A stretch of DNA of 64,000 nucleotides from Lama guanicoe (GCA_013239625.1 MU053917.1:82170-146169); one strand, 5' to 3'; positions 12,057-25,500 are shown, counted from the stretch's first letter. Notes: a model not told the origin generated them from the sequence alone. Numbers and translations are program-made.

Positions 12057-14079
12057 GTTCTGCCCACAGGCTCCATGGACAAGGGGTCCAGGACTCTGGC
12101 CCTTGGGGCAGGACACAGATCACACGGTGGATGAGCCTCCACTCTCACCTCCAAGGGCAAAGCCTGGCCTGGACCTGAGCCCGTCTCCATGGGGGACTCC
12201 TCCTGTGACCAGTTTGGGAGCACCACTTCTCCCAAGGCCGCTATGGCCAGGCCTGTCACAAACATCCCTCATTCCAGGTCCCACTGTCCACCGATCATAT
12301 ATGGGGAGACTGAGGCTCACAAAAGGCTGCCTGGCTCAGGGTCACACACAAGTAAGGACTAGAGATTCGAACCCGCAGTTCAGCCCTGTGCCCTGGCAGG
12401 GGTCCAGGTGCCAGGTCAGGGCAGCTGCTGGGGGGCGGGGCTCTGGGTCCACTGTGTCCCCCCTCACAGACAGTTGTTGGTTTTGCCACCAGCCCTGACG
12501 AGGGAGGGAGCGTTCCGAGGGCCAGCTGCTTGCGGCTGCCCTCCCCCTCATGAGAGGTTGCTGGAAGCCAGGGCCGAAGGAGAGGCCTTCCCAGAGCCAC
12601 AGGGCAGTGCTGGAAGCTTCTAGAAGGACAGTCCAGTTTGGGACGCAGACCCCTGTGCTCTGGCCATGCTGCCCCTTGAAGTGTGGACCTCGGCCAGGCT
12701 CTGCCCACTCCAGTCCAAGGCCCCCTTGCCCAGCAGGACCGCGACCCACTGGAGGGCTGCTGGGCGGCGTGTGAGGGCCCCGCTGGCTCGGAACAGAGGC
12801 CGCGGGAGGGTACGGGCTGGGGCGGGAGAGAGCCAGCAGGACAGAGAGGGACAGCGGGACGCAGAGAGAGAGGCAGAAACTGATAGGGAAGGACAGAGAT
12901 GTGCAGACAGAGGGGCGGAGAGAGCGCAGCGCGTGCGCGTGCGCGCACGCACACACACAGGCCTCCGCTCACCACTGGCCTACCCAGGCCCAGGGTCCAG
13001 TCCTCTCTGAGATGGGTCATAAAAGCAGCTCCTGTGCATGGAGCGTTTCCTGCGTCCCAGCCCTTCTGAGCCTCCGCCTCGCCGCCCTGGACCTGGCCAG
13101 GTGGGCTATGTGATTACCTTCCTTCATCAGGTACAGAAACAAGCACAGGGGTGCAAGGTAGCCTGTCCAGCCATCACTCAGCAGAGCCTGGATGGGACCC
13201 AGGTGGGACCCAGGTGGTCCAGGTCAGGCTGGCAGGGGGTCTGGTGGGGCAGAGCTGTGAGCTTCTGGTTCTTCCAGTGCACAGACAGGGATCTGATGCA
13301 TCTCTGGCTCGCCAGCTTCCCCTGCTTCCACCTACCCCCTCACTCAGGGGCTCCTCGGCCTGAGCCCCGTGTGTGCTGGGAGGCAGCTCAGGCAGTGGGG
13401 TGCATGCCCAGGCCCTGTTGCTGAGCCATGGGTGGGGCATGGGCAGCTCCAAGGAAGATATGGGCACTGTACCCACTCCACTGCGTGATACCAGGGGCCC
13501 CTGGTGTGGCCTGGGGTGTCTCCTGGCCTCCCTGGCCTCCATCTCTCCACCTATAAATGGTTGAGGTGGGTGAAGCATTCTCCCACCCCCTTCTAAGCTG
13601 GGGGTGGGGGTGGGGGCCTGAGAGCCAGGTGGGGTGGTGGTGGTGGGGCTCTTAGGAGCCCACTAGCTGGCAGTATCCCACTGGTGGGGCCTCAGGCCTG
13701 TCCCAGGTCCCTACCCCACTTCAGCCCCAGCAGCCCCGTTCTGATCTTCTCCTTGGGGACAATCCCTCTGGCAAAAGCTCCCATTAGAAAGGTTTGGAAC
13801 CCACTACGCTGGGCTCACTCCCATGGTATGCGGGGAAGCTGAGGCTTGAGAGGGTAAAGGACGGTGCCCAGTCCCCCTGGAGCCCCAGTTCCACCTGCCC
13901 CTGCTGCGCCTGCCTCCCTTCTGCTGGCCCCGGGCACCCCAAACTACCATGGCCAAGGGATTTCCTGGGTCCCCCCAACCTGATCCTCTCCTCTGTCTCT
14001 TGGTGACACCCCCACCAGCTGCCCAGGCCCCACGTAAGGCATCCTTTGGGGCTTGTCTTTCTCTAAACCTCCTCACCCA

Positions 14080-14520
14080 GTCCACCTGCTAGTCTCACTG
14101 TCTCCATCCTCAGACTGTGTGCCAAGCCTGGCCACTCACCTCCTCCCCTGGAGGCCATCAGCATTTCTTACCCAGGCCCTTCAACAGCCTCCCTGTGGGT
14201 CCCCCTGCTTCTACCAACAGCCTACTGTCAGCCAGAGTGTCCTTTCCAGTGTCAGCCAAAGCAGCACCCTCCAGGGGCTCTTCATCTTCGTAGAATAAAA
14301 TCTAAAATCCTTCTTATGTGTTCCCAAAGACGACCCAGTGTGACTCTCCTACATTAAACCACACACACGCCCAGCTCATTGCTTCCTCAGGGCCTTAGCA
14401 CTGCCGTTCCCTCTGCCTAAACACTGTTCCCTGCACCCTTGCATGGCTCACTTATTTTGTCATTCAGGACCTGCTTTCAGCATCCTTTTTATGACTAGGT
14501 CCCAAGTCCCTCCCTACAGC
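14080..14520 (+). mobile_element. Degraded L2 fragment
   Basis: L2-like motifs 'cagccagagtgtccttt', 'agaataaaatctaaaatcctt', 'cctcagggccttagcactgccgttccctctgcct'. Confidence 0.6.
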
Positions 14521-15039
14521 CTCCCTTCCTGCTGACCCCTCTGTGGTTCTGACTGAGGCCCTCTGACCACTCCCTGTGAATCCCCTCCCAGTCCATTAGT
14601 CTCCTGGGCTGTGATATGTCAGTCTTGCCCTGCTGTGTGCCTGGCCTTGGGCTTGGGGATGGATAGGGGCCAGGGCCTCACCCCTGGGATTCTGGGGTTG
14701 GCCAGGAGGGCGGGCTACGCATGGTGCTGGGGAGACGTGGATGGTAACAGGAGAGTGTGGGAAGGAAGAGGAGGTGAGAAGGTTGCCTGGGTCCCAGACC
14801 TGGTCAGTGAGGTAGGACACAGACCGTGCGGTTTCCCTGTTTCGGTGGGTGGGCCGGTGGTCTGAGCGTGGGCTCTGGGGTTCTGGGTTAGACCCCAGCT
14901 CTGTGGTTAGCCTGTCATGTGACCTTGGGCCAGTCACTTGCCTCCTCTGAGCCAACGTTCTCACTGTGCTGTGGGGCCCCATGTGGGTCTAAATTGAGTA
15001 GGACAAGTTGTATGGAATCCCCTAAAACCATGAGATGCT

Positions 15040-15910
15040 GTGTTTTTATAACTGCTTTTATTGAGAGATAGTTCACATACCATAGAACTGATCCATTTAA
15101 GTGCACAGCTCAGTGGTTATTAGTGTAGTCACAGGTTGTGCGACCGTCACCACAGTCAGTTTCACAACATTTTCATCACCCCCCAAAATCCTCTGTCCCG
15201 TGGCTATCTTCTTCCAATCCCCCTTGTCCTTGGCAATACTCATTTGTCTTCTGTCTCTGTGGATTTACCTATTCTGGACATTTCACATCAATGGAATCAT
15301 ACAATACATGGCCTTCTGTGTTTGGCATATTTCACTGGGCATGTTTTCAAGGTTCGTCCATGTCATAGCCTGTGTCAGGACTCTGTTTCTTTACATGGCT
15401 GAATAGTGTTTCATCGTGTAGAGAGACCATGCTTATCCATTCATTCACCCGCTGATGGGCATTTGGGTGTTTTCCACCTTTTGGCTCTTGTGACTGATGC
15501 TGCTGTGAGTATTCACGTACAGGTTGCTGTGTGGACACACGTTCATGTCTCTGGGGTATATTTTAGAAGGGCGATTGCTGGTTTAAATAGTAACTCTGTA
15601 TTTAAAGTTTTGAGGAACCGCCAAACCGTTTCCATAGTGGCTGCATGACTGACGTCCTGCCAGCTGTGTGTGAAGGTTCTGGTTGCTCCACGTCCTTGTC
15701 AACACTTGCTGCTGTCCGTTTTTAGTTTAGCCATCATTTTAGTGGGAATGAAGTGCTGTCTCGTCGTGGTTTTGATCTGCATTTCCTGTGGGGTCAATGA
15801 TGTTGAGCATCTTTTGGTGTGCTCAGGGGCCATTTTTATATCTTCTTTGGAGAAACGTCTGTTCAAATTCTCTGCCCAATTTTAATTTTTACTGGTGAAT
15901 TGTAGAAAAA
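15040..15910 (-). mobile_element. Old L1 (L1M-type) 3' region
   Basis: 'ttttattgagagatagttcacataccat...ttctggacatttcacatcaatggaatcatacaatacatggcc...gttttgaggaaccgccaaaccgtttcc'. Confidence 0.85.
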
Positions 15911-15925
15911 GCTGTGTTTTTTTTT

Positions 15926-16611
15926 AAAGAGGGGCAAGTCCAGGTTGGTAGAGAGGCAGGTTTGACAGCATGAGCTATGTTGGCTACAAGCCTGGGCACA
16001 TACACAGGTGTGCACACACTTGCTCACACTCGTGGGAACCGCATTTCTACGTAAGTCCAGGTACATGCCCAGGGACACAGGCATAGGGACGCACGGATGA
16101 CCAAACCTGTGTACACCCACAAAGAGCCCGTGTGTGGTGTGTCACACGTGTGGGCAGGAAGCTCAGTTCAGCAACCTCGTGTGCTGGGGCCAGGCCTGCC
16201 TCCCAGGAACATGGCCATATCAGAGCAATTATTCTCATTTTGCAAAGTGGGGACACTGAGGCATGGAAAAGAGGGGCAAGTCCAGGTTGGTAGAGAGGCA
16301 GGTTTGACAGCATGAGCTATGTTGGCCACAAGCCTGGGCACATACACAGGTGTGCACACACTTGCTCACACTCGTGGGAACCGCATTTCTACGTAAGTCC
16401 AGGTACATGCCCAGGGACACAGGCATAGGGACGCACGGATGACCAAACCTGTGTACACCCACAAAGAGCCCGTGTGTGGTGTGTCACACGTGTGGGCAGG
16501 AAGCTCAGTTCAGCAACCTCGTGTGCTGGGGCCAGGCCTGCCTCCCAGGAACATGGCCATATCAGAGCAATTATTCTCATTTTGCAAAGTGGGGACACTG
16601 AGGCATGGAAA
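15926..16611 (+). repeat. Tandem duplication, 2 x 342 bp
   Basis: Units start at 15926 and 16268 (aaagaggggcaagtccagg). One difference seen (ggctacaag vs ggccacaag). Confidence 0.95.
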
Positions 16612-19600
16612 GCCCCCTTGACTGGTCCAAGGTCACCCAACTGGCCAATTTTAGGGTCTGGATTTGATCTGAGGTGTCAGTCTCTGAGCCCCATCTCTGG
16701 GACTGTTTGTGGCCCCCAGACCTATGATCTTACCTCAGTCATTTCAGAATGTCAGGCCTGGGCTCCCCCACTTCCTGGGCTGCTGTGTGACCTTAGGCAG
16801 CATGCTGTCCCTCTCTGGGCCTCAGACTCCTAGTAGGGGTAACACAGGATGGTCGCCAAGACCCTCCCCAGCACCGAGATTCCAGATTCCCAGTTCTCCT
16901 TCTCAGAGGGAACCAAGTGCCTTTCTCATGTTGCCTCCCCAGGTCTGCAGTTAATCAGGTCCTTAGGAGCAGAATTAGGGCTTTTTGTGGCTTTCTAAAA
17001 ATAGTGCACCAGCCCACTATGGATGCTAGGAAGTGGTAAGTAGCTTTGAGTGGACAGTGGGGGGTGGTGCCTGGGGCCTGGGAAGGGTGGGCACAGCCCC
17101 CTGCGTTGATCGGGGGCCACATTTGTCCCCTCCAGGAACTGCTCACAAAGATCTGCCTGGTCCCCAGCATCCCCTCGAGGTCAGAGTGAGGGGATGGCAG
17201 GGTGGGCTAGACCCTGCTGTCCCAGGCAGGCCCCCTGTCCCTGGGTCTCGGGTCCGGTGGGCACAGAGCAGGGCAGGGGGCTGTCCTCAGTGGGGGCTTA
17301 AGTTTGAATACCCAATAGAAAAGAGAGCAGAGCTGGATGGTCCCTGAGTGGCCAGTGCCTCGGTTTACCCATGGGGCAATGGTCTTGGAGGGCTCTGCTG
17401 CTCCAGATTTGTCCAGAATATGCATATCGGGGTGCAGCTGGACAGGCTGCCTGGGAGGACGCTTCGGACGGCACAGAGAGATGCCCGGGCCTGTCCGAAG
17501 AGCCCTGCATGGTGCCTGGTCATCCCTGGCCAGCCAGGCCCACTTGACATTTGGTGATGGTGAGGGTGATGCCCATTTGTCCTGTTTGCTCTTAGAGTTG
17601 CTCCTGGGGCCATGGGGCAAATGGGGACACAGGGTTTGTAACTTGCTTGGGGCCACACAGCAGGTGTGAGACTACAAGTCCAGGGCTTTCCCAAAACCTT
17701 GGGCCGGGGGCCTCTGTGGCTAATGGAGCCCATCTTGACCTGCCGGGCGCCAGACACAGACTGCCCTAGAAGTAGCGGGGCCTCAGTCAGGGCCAGTGCA
17801 CTCAGGGACCCGCTCAGGGCTTACGAGGGCCGTGGACTGGGGTGGCCATTGTGTGGCCTGCCCGTCTGTCTTTGACATTTTCCAGGGAGACTGCAGGACA
17901 CTGCTGCTGGGTCTGCTGTCTGAGGGTGCACATCCCTGCTGGGAGGGGCTCTGGTTCCCAGAGGGGCCCCTAGGCCTCCCAGACCAAAGTGTACTCCCAG
18001 AGAGCTGCTGGCCCCGCACAGACCATCCCTGCTGCCTTCACCCAACTCCTCAGCCCCATCACCAGACACATCTGGAGCAGTGCTGAGCTCAAGTGGCCGT
18101 TACCGCCCGGAGCAAACCACTTCCTGCCTTTGAGGCTCCGTGTTCCCACCTGTGAGATGGGTCTTATTTAGAGGACCTATTCCATGGTGCCGTCAGGGAG
18201 ATAAAAGGTGATGCATATAGTGTGTCCAGCCCCGGCCCTGCTGTTGTGCGGGCTCAAGGAATGACGCTGCGGAGCAGGGGTACGCAAAGAATCAGACGTG
18301 GAGCCTACCCACCGGCCCTGCAGCCCGCCGGGCACGTGGCAAGAGCCCAGAGCAGGGCGCTTCACCCCAGTGGGGCTTCTGGGAGCAGGGGGCCTCCCTG
18401 CTGTTGTCAGAGCCTGGGTGAGCTGCAGACACGTGGGGACGCAGGCGGCCAGTCCAGGCAGAGAGCGGGCCAGCGTCCACCAGGGCAGGCGGTGGGAACC
18501 AGGCTGCCTTCTAGTCCAGAAGAGCAGTGTGCGCAGGGGGCAGCTGCACCTGCCCACAGGTGGACTGGCTATTGGGCCTGGCCGAGCCAGGCTTCAGGGA
18601 ATCCATGACCAGTGGGACTGGTGGGGCGGATGGGGTCAAGCCTCCAGGGCTGGAGGTTATCTCAGAGGACTAGGAAGCCATCGACGTTTGCTGGGCAAGG
18701 CCCACGGGTTCTAGGGGCTCATTTCTATATCTAAACACTCGCTCATTCTCACCCTGGAGGACATGCAGGCAGCTTGTGGGGGCTGCAAGACAGCCCCAGT
18801 GGTGATTTTGGCAGGGGACCGTCTCCTCCCTCCATGCTCGGGCACGGTGTGACCTGAGGAAGTCAGGAAGCCCTCTGAGCCAGCATTCAGGTCTGTGAAA
18901 TGGGGCCACAGGAACCCCTGGATCCAGGACCCAACAGCATCCTCACTGATTCTCCCCAAACTACAACTCTCTCACTGCTTGCCTCCCCCTTGTCTCCATG
19001 TTGAGATGAGAGGGTTTGGCTCATTAAAGCCAAATGAAAAAGGAACTAGTGGGAGTGGCAGCCCGGTGAGTGACTCGTGAGTAACTGGGTCTGAGCTGGG
19101 CACGGGCAGACACCCGGCGGGAGCAGAAAGGATGGGAGGGAGGGCTTTGTGAAGTGCCCTCCAAACTCCCAGGCCTGACCCCGTGCCTGCTGGCCTGCCT
19201 GGGGGCTGGAGGACACAGGGCGTGGGAGCCCCCCATCTGGCTGCTGCTGGGGAGGACGGGCATCTGGGGGAGAAGAGGGTCGCAGGTGGTGGTGGGCCCC
19301 GGGCCCCTGAGGGCACACCCACATCGCCCTGGCTCAGGCAGGGCTTGGTTTGCGACTTTTGGCTCCATCTTCTTGGCCTCTCGGTGTGATTGCACAACTG
19401 GTGGAGATTCATAACCCTCTCTGGGGGGCCTCGCTTGTGACACGCCCACTCGGAGGCTAGCTCCGCCTCTCCAGGGCTCCCAACCAGCCTTCACCTCCCA
19501 CTTAGCGCCCCTCCATTGCAAGCCTCAGGTCCACGGATGGTCCAAAAGCAACATCTCCTTCCCGAGGGGCTGTGCACACCTCTTCTCCTGTCTCCTCCTG

Positions 19601-20959
19601 CCCAAGGTCACTTAGCTGCAAAGGGGACAAACAGGGGGGCAGGGGGGCCTCTGATGACCCACACCCCACACCCCAGGCCCCGAGCCCCTCCCTCTGCCTC
19701 GCTCAGCTTTGATTCCATTGCCTGGGTTCAAATCCTACTTTAGCCACTAACACCTAGTTTCATACCTTCTGTGTGCCTCAGTGTCCTCATCTCCAAGGTG
19801 GGACTAAGAATGAAACCTGTCTTGCACGATTGTCGGGACAGTTCGATGAGAGCTGCGGCGCTGTGAGAGCAGGGGGCTCGCGGTGGTGATGATGCTATAG
19901 GCGTGGCTCTGCCGGTCTGCTGTCTAGGTAGCCCCAGGGTCCCCATCCCTCGTGCAGCCAGACTAGGGTCCAACCCCACAGCCTCTTGCCCTATCACCTG
20001 CGCAGAAAGTGCCATCTGCTTCACGGGTCATCTCTGGCCACCCACAATCTGGTGCCCTTGGACCTCAGCCACCTCTTTTCCTGTCCCTTGATCTCATACT
20101 TCCTGCACCAGCAACACCAAACTGTTTCACACCCCTGCACCGTTGCTCCTGCCTCATATGCACCAGGAGCGAGCACCCACCACACACACACCCCATATAC
20201 ATATACATACACACACACCATGCACACTCACATGCTCACACACTCACATGCACGCACAGGGAATGAAGTCACACCTCTTGTTAAGACTCACTTGAAGGTG
20301 TCACCTGCTATAGGAAGCCTTCCTTGACTCCACCCCTCAGAGAGGCAGGTCCAGGCATCCACTGAGTTTCCATGGTTCTCCGTGGCCCTTCTTGCAGAGC
20401 TCTGTGATCACCTCCTTTCCTGGACTCCCTGGCTCATCCACCGCTGCCTCCCTGCTCTTGCATGCCCGTGTGTAAGCTTTTTGGCCGGCCCTGCTGGGCT
20501 GGGAGTTCAATAACCCACTTCACACCATGCACTCCTTGTCTGTGTCTGGCTGGTGCTCCCAGTAGGTGGCTTCGACAGCCCAGGGATCTCCGTGCTCCTC
20601 CAAGACCCACTCACTGCACTAAGAGACGGCTTCTCACCGGGTGGTGCCAGCAGAGTGGGTCCCATGCAGTGGGCAGGTCCCCAGGCCGGGAGGCGGGAGT
20701 GTGGGCTGAAGGGCCCAGTGGGGAGGGGAGACTGGATGTGCAGCCAGGCCCTGGGAAGGCAGTGCCGCCCTGTGCCCTTCGCAGACCCTGATCTTTCTGG
20801 GGAGGAAGGAACGCCCAACACCATCCTCCCCTCAGTTCTTTCCAGAGGATGGAAGTTTCCAGGAAACCACAGCCCCCTCTGTGATGGCAGAGGCCAGTCA
20901 AAGCCTCCTCTGCCCCGGGCCCCAGAGGCCAGTGGGTCTCACCCTAAATGGGAGAGACA

Positions 20960-21100
20960 CTGAGAACAGGGACCCCAGATAAGTGACCCCCCAAGAAACA
21001 AGGACCTCAGTGAGGGTGAGCCCCCTGGGGAACAGGGACCCCACTGAGGGTGAGGCCCCCACCCTGGGGAATGGGGACTCCATCAAGGTGAGCCCCTTCA
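20960..21100 (+). repeat. Degenerate minisatellite, about 4 units of ~30-35 bp
   Basis: Recurrent 'gaacagggacccc...gagggtgagcccc' core. Confidence 0.6.
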
Positions 21101-22666
21101 GCCAATTGGTGGGTGAGGATGTGGACCCTAGAACACAGTCAGAGCCCAGCACAGGGCTGGGCATGCAGTTGGTGCTCAATGGATATTTGTGGACTGGACC
21201 TGACTTGACCGCCAACCATCTCGCAGTCTGGTCCTTAATAACAGAGAACAACAGCCAAGCACACAGAAGGGCCTGTTGGCCCTCGAGGGGCACAAGCATA
21301 GAGCTTGTGCAAGGATAGGGTCTTGGGTTGCCAGTGGCCCCTCCCGAGACCGACAGGGCCACGTCCTACTATTGCTGAGGGCAGCAGGATTCCCTCACCA
21401 GAGCTTGGCTTTGGTTCAGCCGCCATCTCTGAGCTCCGTACCCACAGTGGCAGGTGCTGGGAACCACACAGACTGACCATGGTCCGCAGGAAGCCTCTGT
21501 GCTTGTGGGCAAGGCAAGAGGGGCCCGAGAGACAGGGGCCAGGATGGCAGGATGCATAGGCTGGGGGCTGTGGAAAATAAAGAATGAGAGCTGGGCCCAT
21601 CCATCTAAGGGGCCTCTGACCCATGTGGAGCCAGGAAGTACCAGTCTTAGGGCTTAGCAGGTGGACAGTGTCAAGAGCAACGAGAGAGTTAGATCTGCCA
21701 CTGAGGCAGGTCAGGTAGCCCAATCTTCCATCTGGCTGGTGGTCTGGGAAGGCTGCCTGGAGGAGGAGGCATTGGAACTGGCTTTGGAAGGTTGTTCAAA
21801 TTTGGGCATGGAGGGGAAGAAAATTCCACCAAAAAGATCAGGAAACTTCCAGGAACATGTGAGCAGCACTGGAATTTGAGTTGTTTTGGGTGGAGAATGG
21901 GGAGAGTGGGCTGCGGGGTCCAGCCAGGCGTGGATTTCAGGCTTGGACTGCAGGCCTTCCCTTTCCAGCTCAGGCGGAGGAGAGTGAAGGAAAACGTGTG
22001 TGTGGGCTGGGCAGGGCACAGAACTGCAGTCTGAACCCACCTGGATGGTGACTGGGGGCTGAGGGAAGCAGGGAAGAATGGCCCCCAAACCTGGCAGTTC
22101 AGGGGCCCCTGAAGCAGGCAGGGTTGTGGGAGAAGGGAGATTCAGGAGGCACAGCTGGGTGTTGGGGTGATTGGTTAGAAAGAGAGAGAGCAACAAAGAG
22201 CCTGCGATTTGCTCTGAGCGGCGGGGATCCTGCCTGGCTCCTGGCTGGTGGGTGTGGAGCCCCCAAAGGGGTCAGCACAAGTGGCTCGTTCATGAAAACC
22301 AGCACTGGGAGGCTGGCAGAGGCACGGACCCCAAACATCCCCTCCCAGGGCCCCGCACTGCTGTCTCCCACGAGGAAATTGGGCCCCTCCCGCCCAGGCT
22401 CCTGGGTCAGGAAGAGAAGTGTCTAACGTGCCGGTGACAGGGCCGTGGCATGCACTGAGTGCCCACTGTCTACTGTCCTCACCACAGCCCTGCAAGGTGG
22501 GTTCCATCAGCCACGTTTTGCTGAGTCAGAAGCTCAGAGAGGGCACGAGCTGAGTCCAGGGTCACACAGCCAACAGGCAGCAGGACCAGGGCCCGGCACT
22601 GGGTCCCCTGAGCCCACTGGGTAGAGACCGCAGGGCTTTACCGTCTGCACTGTCCTCACCCCTCAG

Positions 22667-22932
22667 GGAGCCGTGAGGCCACATACACTATCACCACAGC
22701 CGGCGTGGCCCACGCAGTCACCGCCGCCTGCAGCCAGGGCGACCTGAGCAACTGCGGGTGCGTCCGCGAGAAGCAGGGCTACCACAGCCAGGCCGAGGGC
22801 TGGAAGTGGGGCGGCTGCTCCACTGACGTGCGCCACGGCATCGACTTCTCCCGGCGCTTCGTGGACACCTGTGAGATCAAGAAAAACGCTAGGCGCCTCA
22901 TGAACCTGCACAGTGATGAGACTGGCAGGAAG
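22667..22932 (+). pseudogene. WNT7B: Orphan WNT7B exon 3 copy (unprocessed, frame open)
   Basis: Acceptor ccctcag| at 22666, donor AAG|gtcggt at 22933. Translates (G)[99 protein letters not shown] and KKNARRL match WNT7B rather than WNT7A. 2-codon deletion and ~13 substitutions against recalled human protein. Exons 2 and 4 not found. Confidence 0.92.
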
Positions 22933-25084
22933 GTCGGTCAGGCGCTGGGCGTGGCATGTCGATGCTGGGCATGGCGTGGTGATGCTGGGCAGCTCTGAGA
23001 GGGGGGCCTTACTGTTCCCATTACACAGATTCGGAAAGGAAGGGTGGAAGTGATGAAATAATACGCCTGCGGTCCCCCGATGGTGGGCGGCAGAGAAGAG
23101 ACAGGGACCCTGTTTGCACAGAGGATGGGAACCGGACGTGGCTGGGGACAAAGGGTTGGGGGAGCCCCCTGGACCACAGTCCATGTCTCTGCTTTGGTTC
23201 TAGAAGTGACGTGACAATACACAGGGAAAGGCTTCCCGGAGGAGGCGGCCTTTGGCTCGGATTGCCACGAGACTGGAAGAAGGGGTGTTCCCAGGAAACA
23301 GGAGCAGCCTGAGGAGCGGTGGAAACTGAGTGGGGGTCTTAGGGAGCAGCCGGCTTCATGCATGGGGTGGGATGCAGTGTGGTGCCGTGATAATGGAGGA
23401 CATTCAAGCCGGGACACATTGGGGAAGAAGTTGGGGCGTGCCCAGCCGCGTCCCAGAGAGATGAAGGCCCCAGATACTGGGCTGGGAGGAGTGGCCGCCA
23501 AGGCGGCAAGATGGCCAGAGACAAGTCAGCCAGCTGAGCAGAGCACCTCTGGGTCTGGTTTTCCAGCCCAAGAGGCTGTGCCAGGGCACCATGGCTCCAG
23601 GGCCCAAAGGGCCCTGCAGGCACGGGGCAGACTTGCCTTTCTGAGCAAAGAGGAGGTGAAGGTGCCCTCTGTCCCCAGGCCCACAGCTGAGGTCATCCAC
23701 CCAGCCAGCGACCCCTGCTCTTTCTGTATGCCAGGCGTTACGCTGGGCACAGGGGACAGGGAGGAGTAAGACATAGCCCTGGCCGTGGGAGCTCTCCAGC
23801 ACCAACTGGGTCCACATGAGGGGAGCGGGGCCTTGCCCAGCGACAGCGAGAGCCCAGGGGCTTGAGGGAGGGGTCACATCCTGGAGGCAGTGAATGTCCA
23901 GGTGAAGCCTTGAAGGACATACCAGAGCTGTGAAGAGCAGAGGCAGAGAGAGCTGACACTTGCGAGGTGAGGGTGGGGGGGCACGAGGGGTGGGTGTGAC
24001 AAGGCTTGAGGAGCAAGCAGGGGCCAGCCCAGAATGGGCCTTGAGCACCAGGCCAAGGATTTGACTTCATCTTGTAGATGTGGAGGTTGCTTCGCAGCAG
24101 GTGGTTATTAAATAATTGTCAAATGAAGAAATGGGTGACCGTCTTTGCTTCCAAGGAGCTCACAGGCAGCATGTAGGTCTCCTTCTCTAGACACAGGCGA
24201 ATAGTCATCTGTGTCTGAGAGGGCAGAGGAAGGAGAGATCCACTTACACAGAGGCGCCGGGAGGGCTCCCTGGAGGAGAAGGAGGTGCGTCTCAACTCTC
24301 AGCTCAACCGTGGCACTTTGAGTCTGTGCAGTCGCTTGGGTCCACAGCCCCGGGAGGATGGTCTCATGGTCCCCATTTCACACGTGGGGACTCGGTCGGG
24401 GGCAGTGTCTGGCAGTTGACAGGTGGCAAAAAGGCACAGGGAAACGGAGACAAGCAGGCTCGGCCCTGGGGAGACAGGAGGCGTGAGAACAAGGCGGCTG
24501 GTGATGGGGCCCGGGCCTGTTCAGGGGGACGAGGGTGGAGGAGGGTCAGCACGCTGGGGGTTTTCGACTGGGGCAAAGCCATGAGCTGAGGAGAAGCAGA
24601 CTGTCGGGGCAGTGGGGGAGCGGCTGGGCAGCGCAAGGGCCTGCAGGGACAGGGCAGCCACAGGAAAGGCCTAGAAAGTGGTCAGCAGCCCTGGCTGCTG
24701 CCAGTGCTGTTCCCAACTGTCCGTGGGGGGCCCTGGCTGGCCGTGTCCCCCCTCCTTAGTCAGTCTCCTCATCTGCACAGGGTCTGTAATGCCCCTTCCC
24801 CCAGTGTCACTCCGACAGCCCCAAACCTGCGGAGCTGTGGAGCACAGGTGTGGTCTGAGTTTTTGGAAAGGCCAATGGTGGTGGCCACACAGTGACCCTG
24901 GGGGCCGGGGTCCTCCCAGGAGCACGGTGCTTATCACGGCGGTGGACATGGGGCGGGTGTGGCTTTTGCAGTTTCCTGGAGAAGTGAGTACAGGGCACCC
25001 TGGCCCCGTGACAGCGCGGCCGGGCCCGCCCCACCCCTCCTGCGTCCTCAGGGCCGCGGAGTTCACCAAGTCAGCTGGAGGGGA

Positions 25085-25500
25085 AGCTGATGCTGCCACG
25101 ATGAAGTCCCACAAACTGGGTGGCTTAAAGCAGGAAAAATTCATTCTCTCGTAGAGCCAGAAGTCCTAAATTAAGGTGTCAGCAGGGCTGAGCTCCCTCC
25201 GAAGGCTTCAGGGGGAGGATCCTTCCTTGTCCCTTCCAGCTCCTGGGGACAGCAGGCACTCCTTGGCTTGTGGCTGCATCATCTCTGTTTCATGTGGCCT
25301 CCTCCTCTGTGCCTGTGTTCCCTCCTCTTTTCTGTCTCTTATAAGGACATGTGTCCTTGGATTTGGGGTCCACGCTGACCCAAGGTGATCTCATCTCCGG
25401 TCTTACCTTAATCACATCTGCAAAGTCCCTACTTGCCAATAAGGTCACGTTCTGAGCTTCTGAGTGAACAGGAGTTTTCAGGGGGACCCTCCTCAGCTCC
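25085..25500 (-). mobile_element. MaLR (MLT1-type) LTR
   Basis: 'cacaaactgggtggcttaaa...aaggtgtcagcagggctg...ttataaggaca...ttaatcacatctgcaaagtccct...aataaggtcacgttctgag'. Confidence 0.8.

Noticed and set aside
13598..13650. G-quadruplex-like G runs
   Set aside because: Such runs are common throughout the GC-rich block and nothing singles this one out.
15926..21100. CRISPR-like or other prokaryotic repeat system
   Set aside because: Mammalian context. The repeats are a simple tandem duplication and a minisatellite without unique spacers or cas genes.
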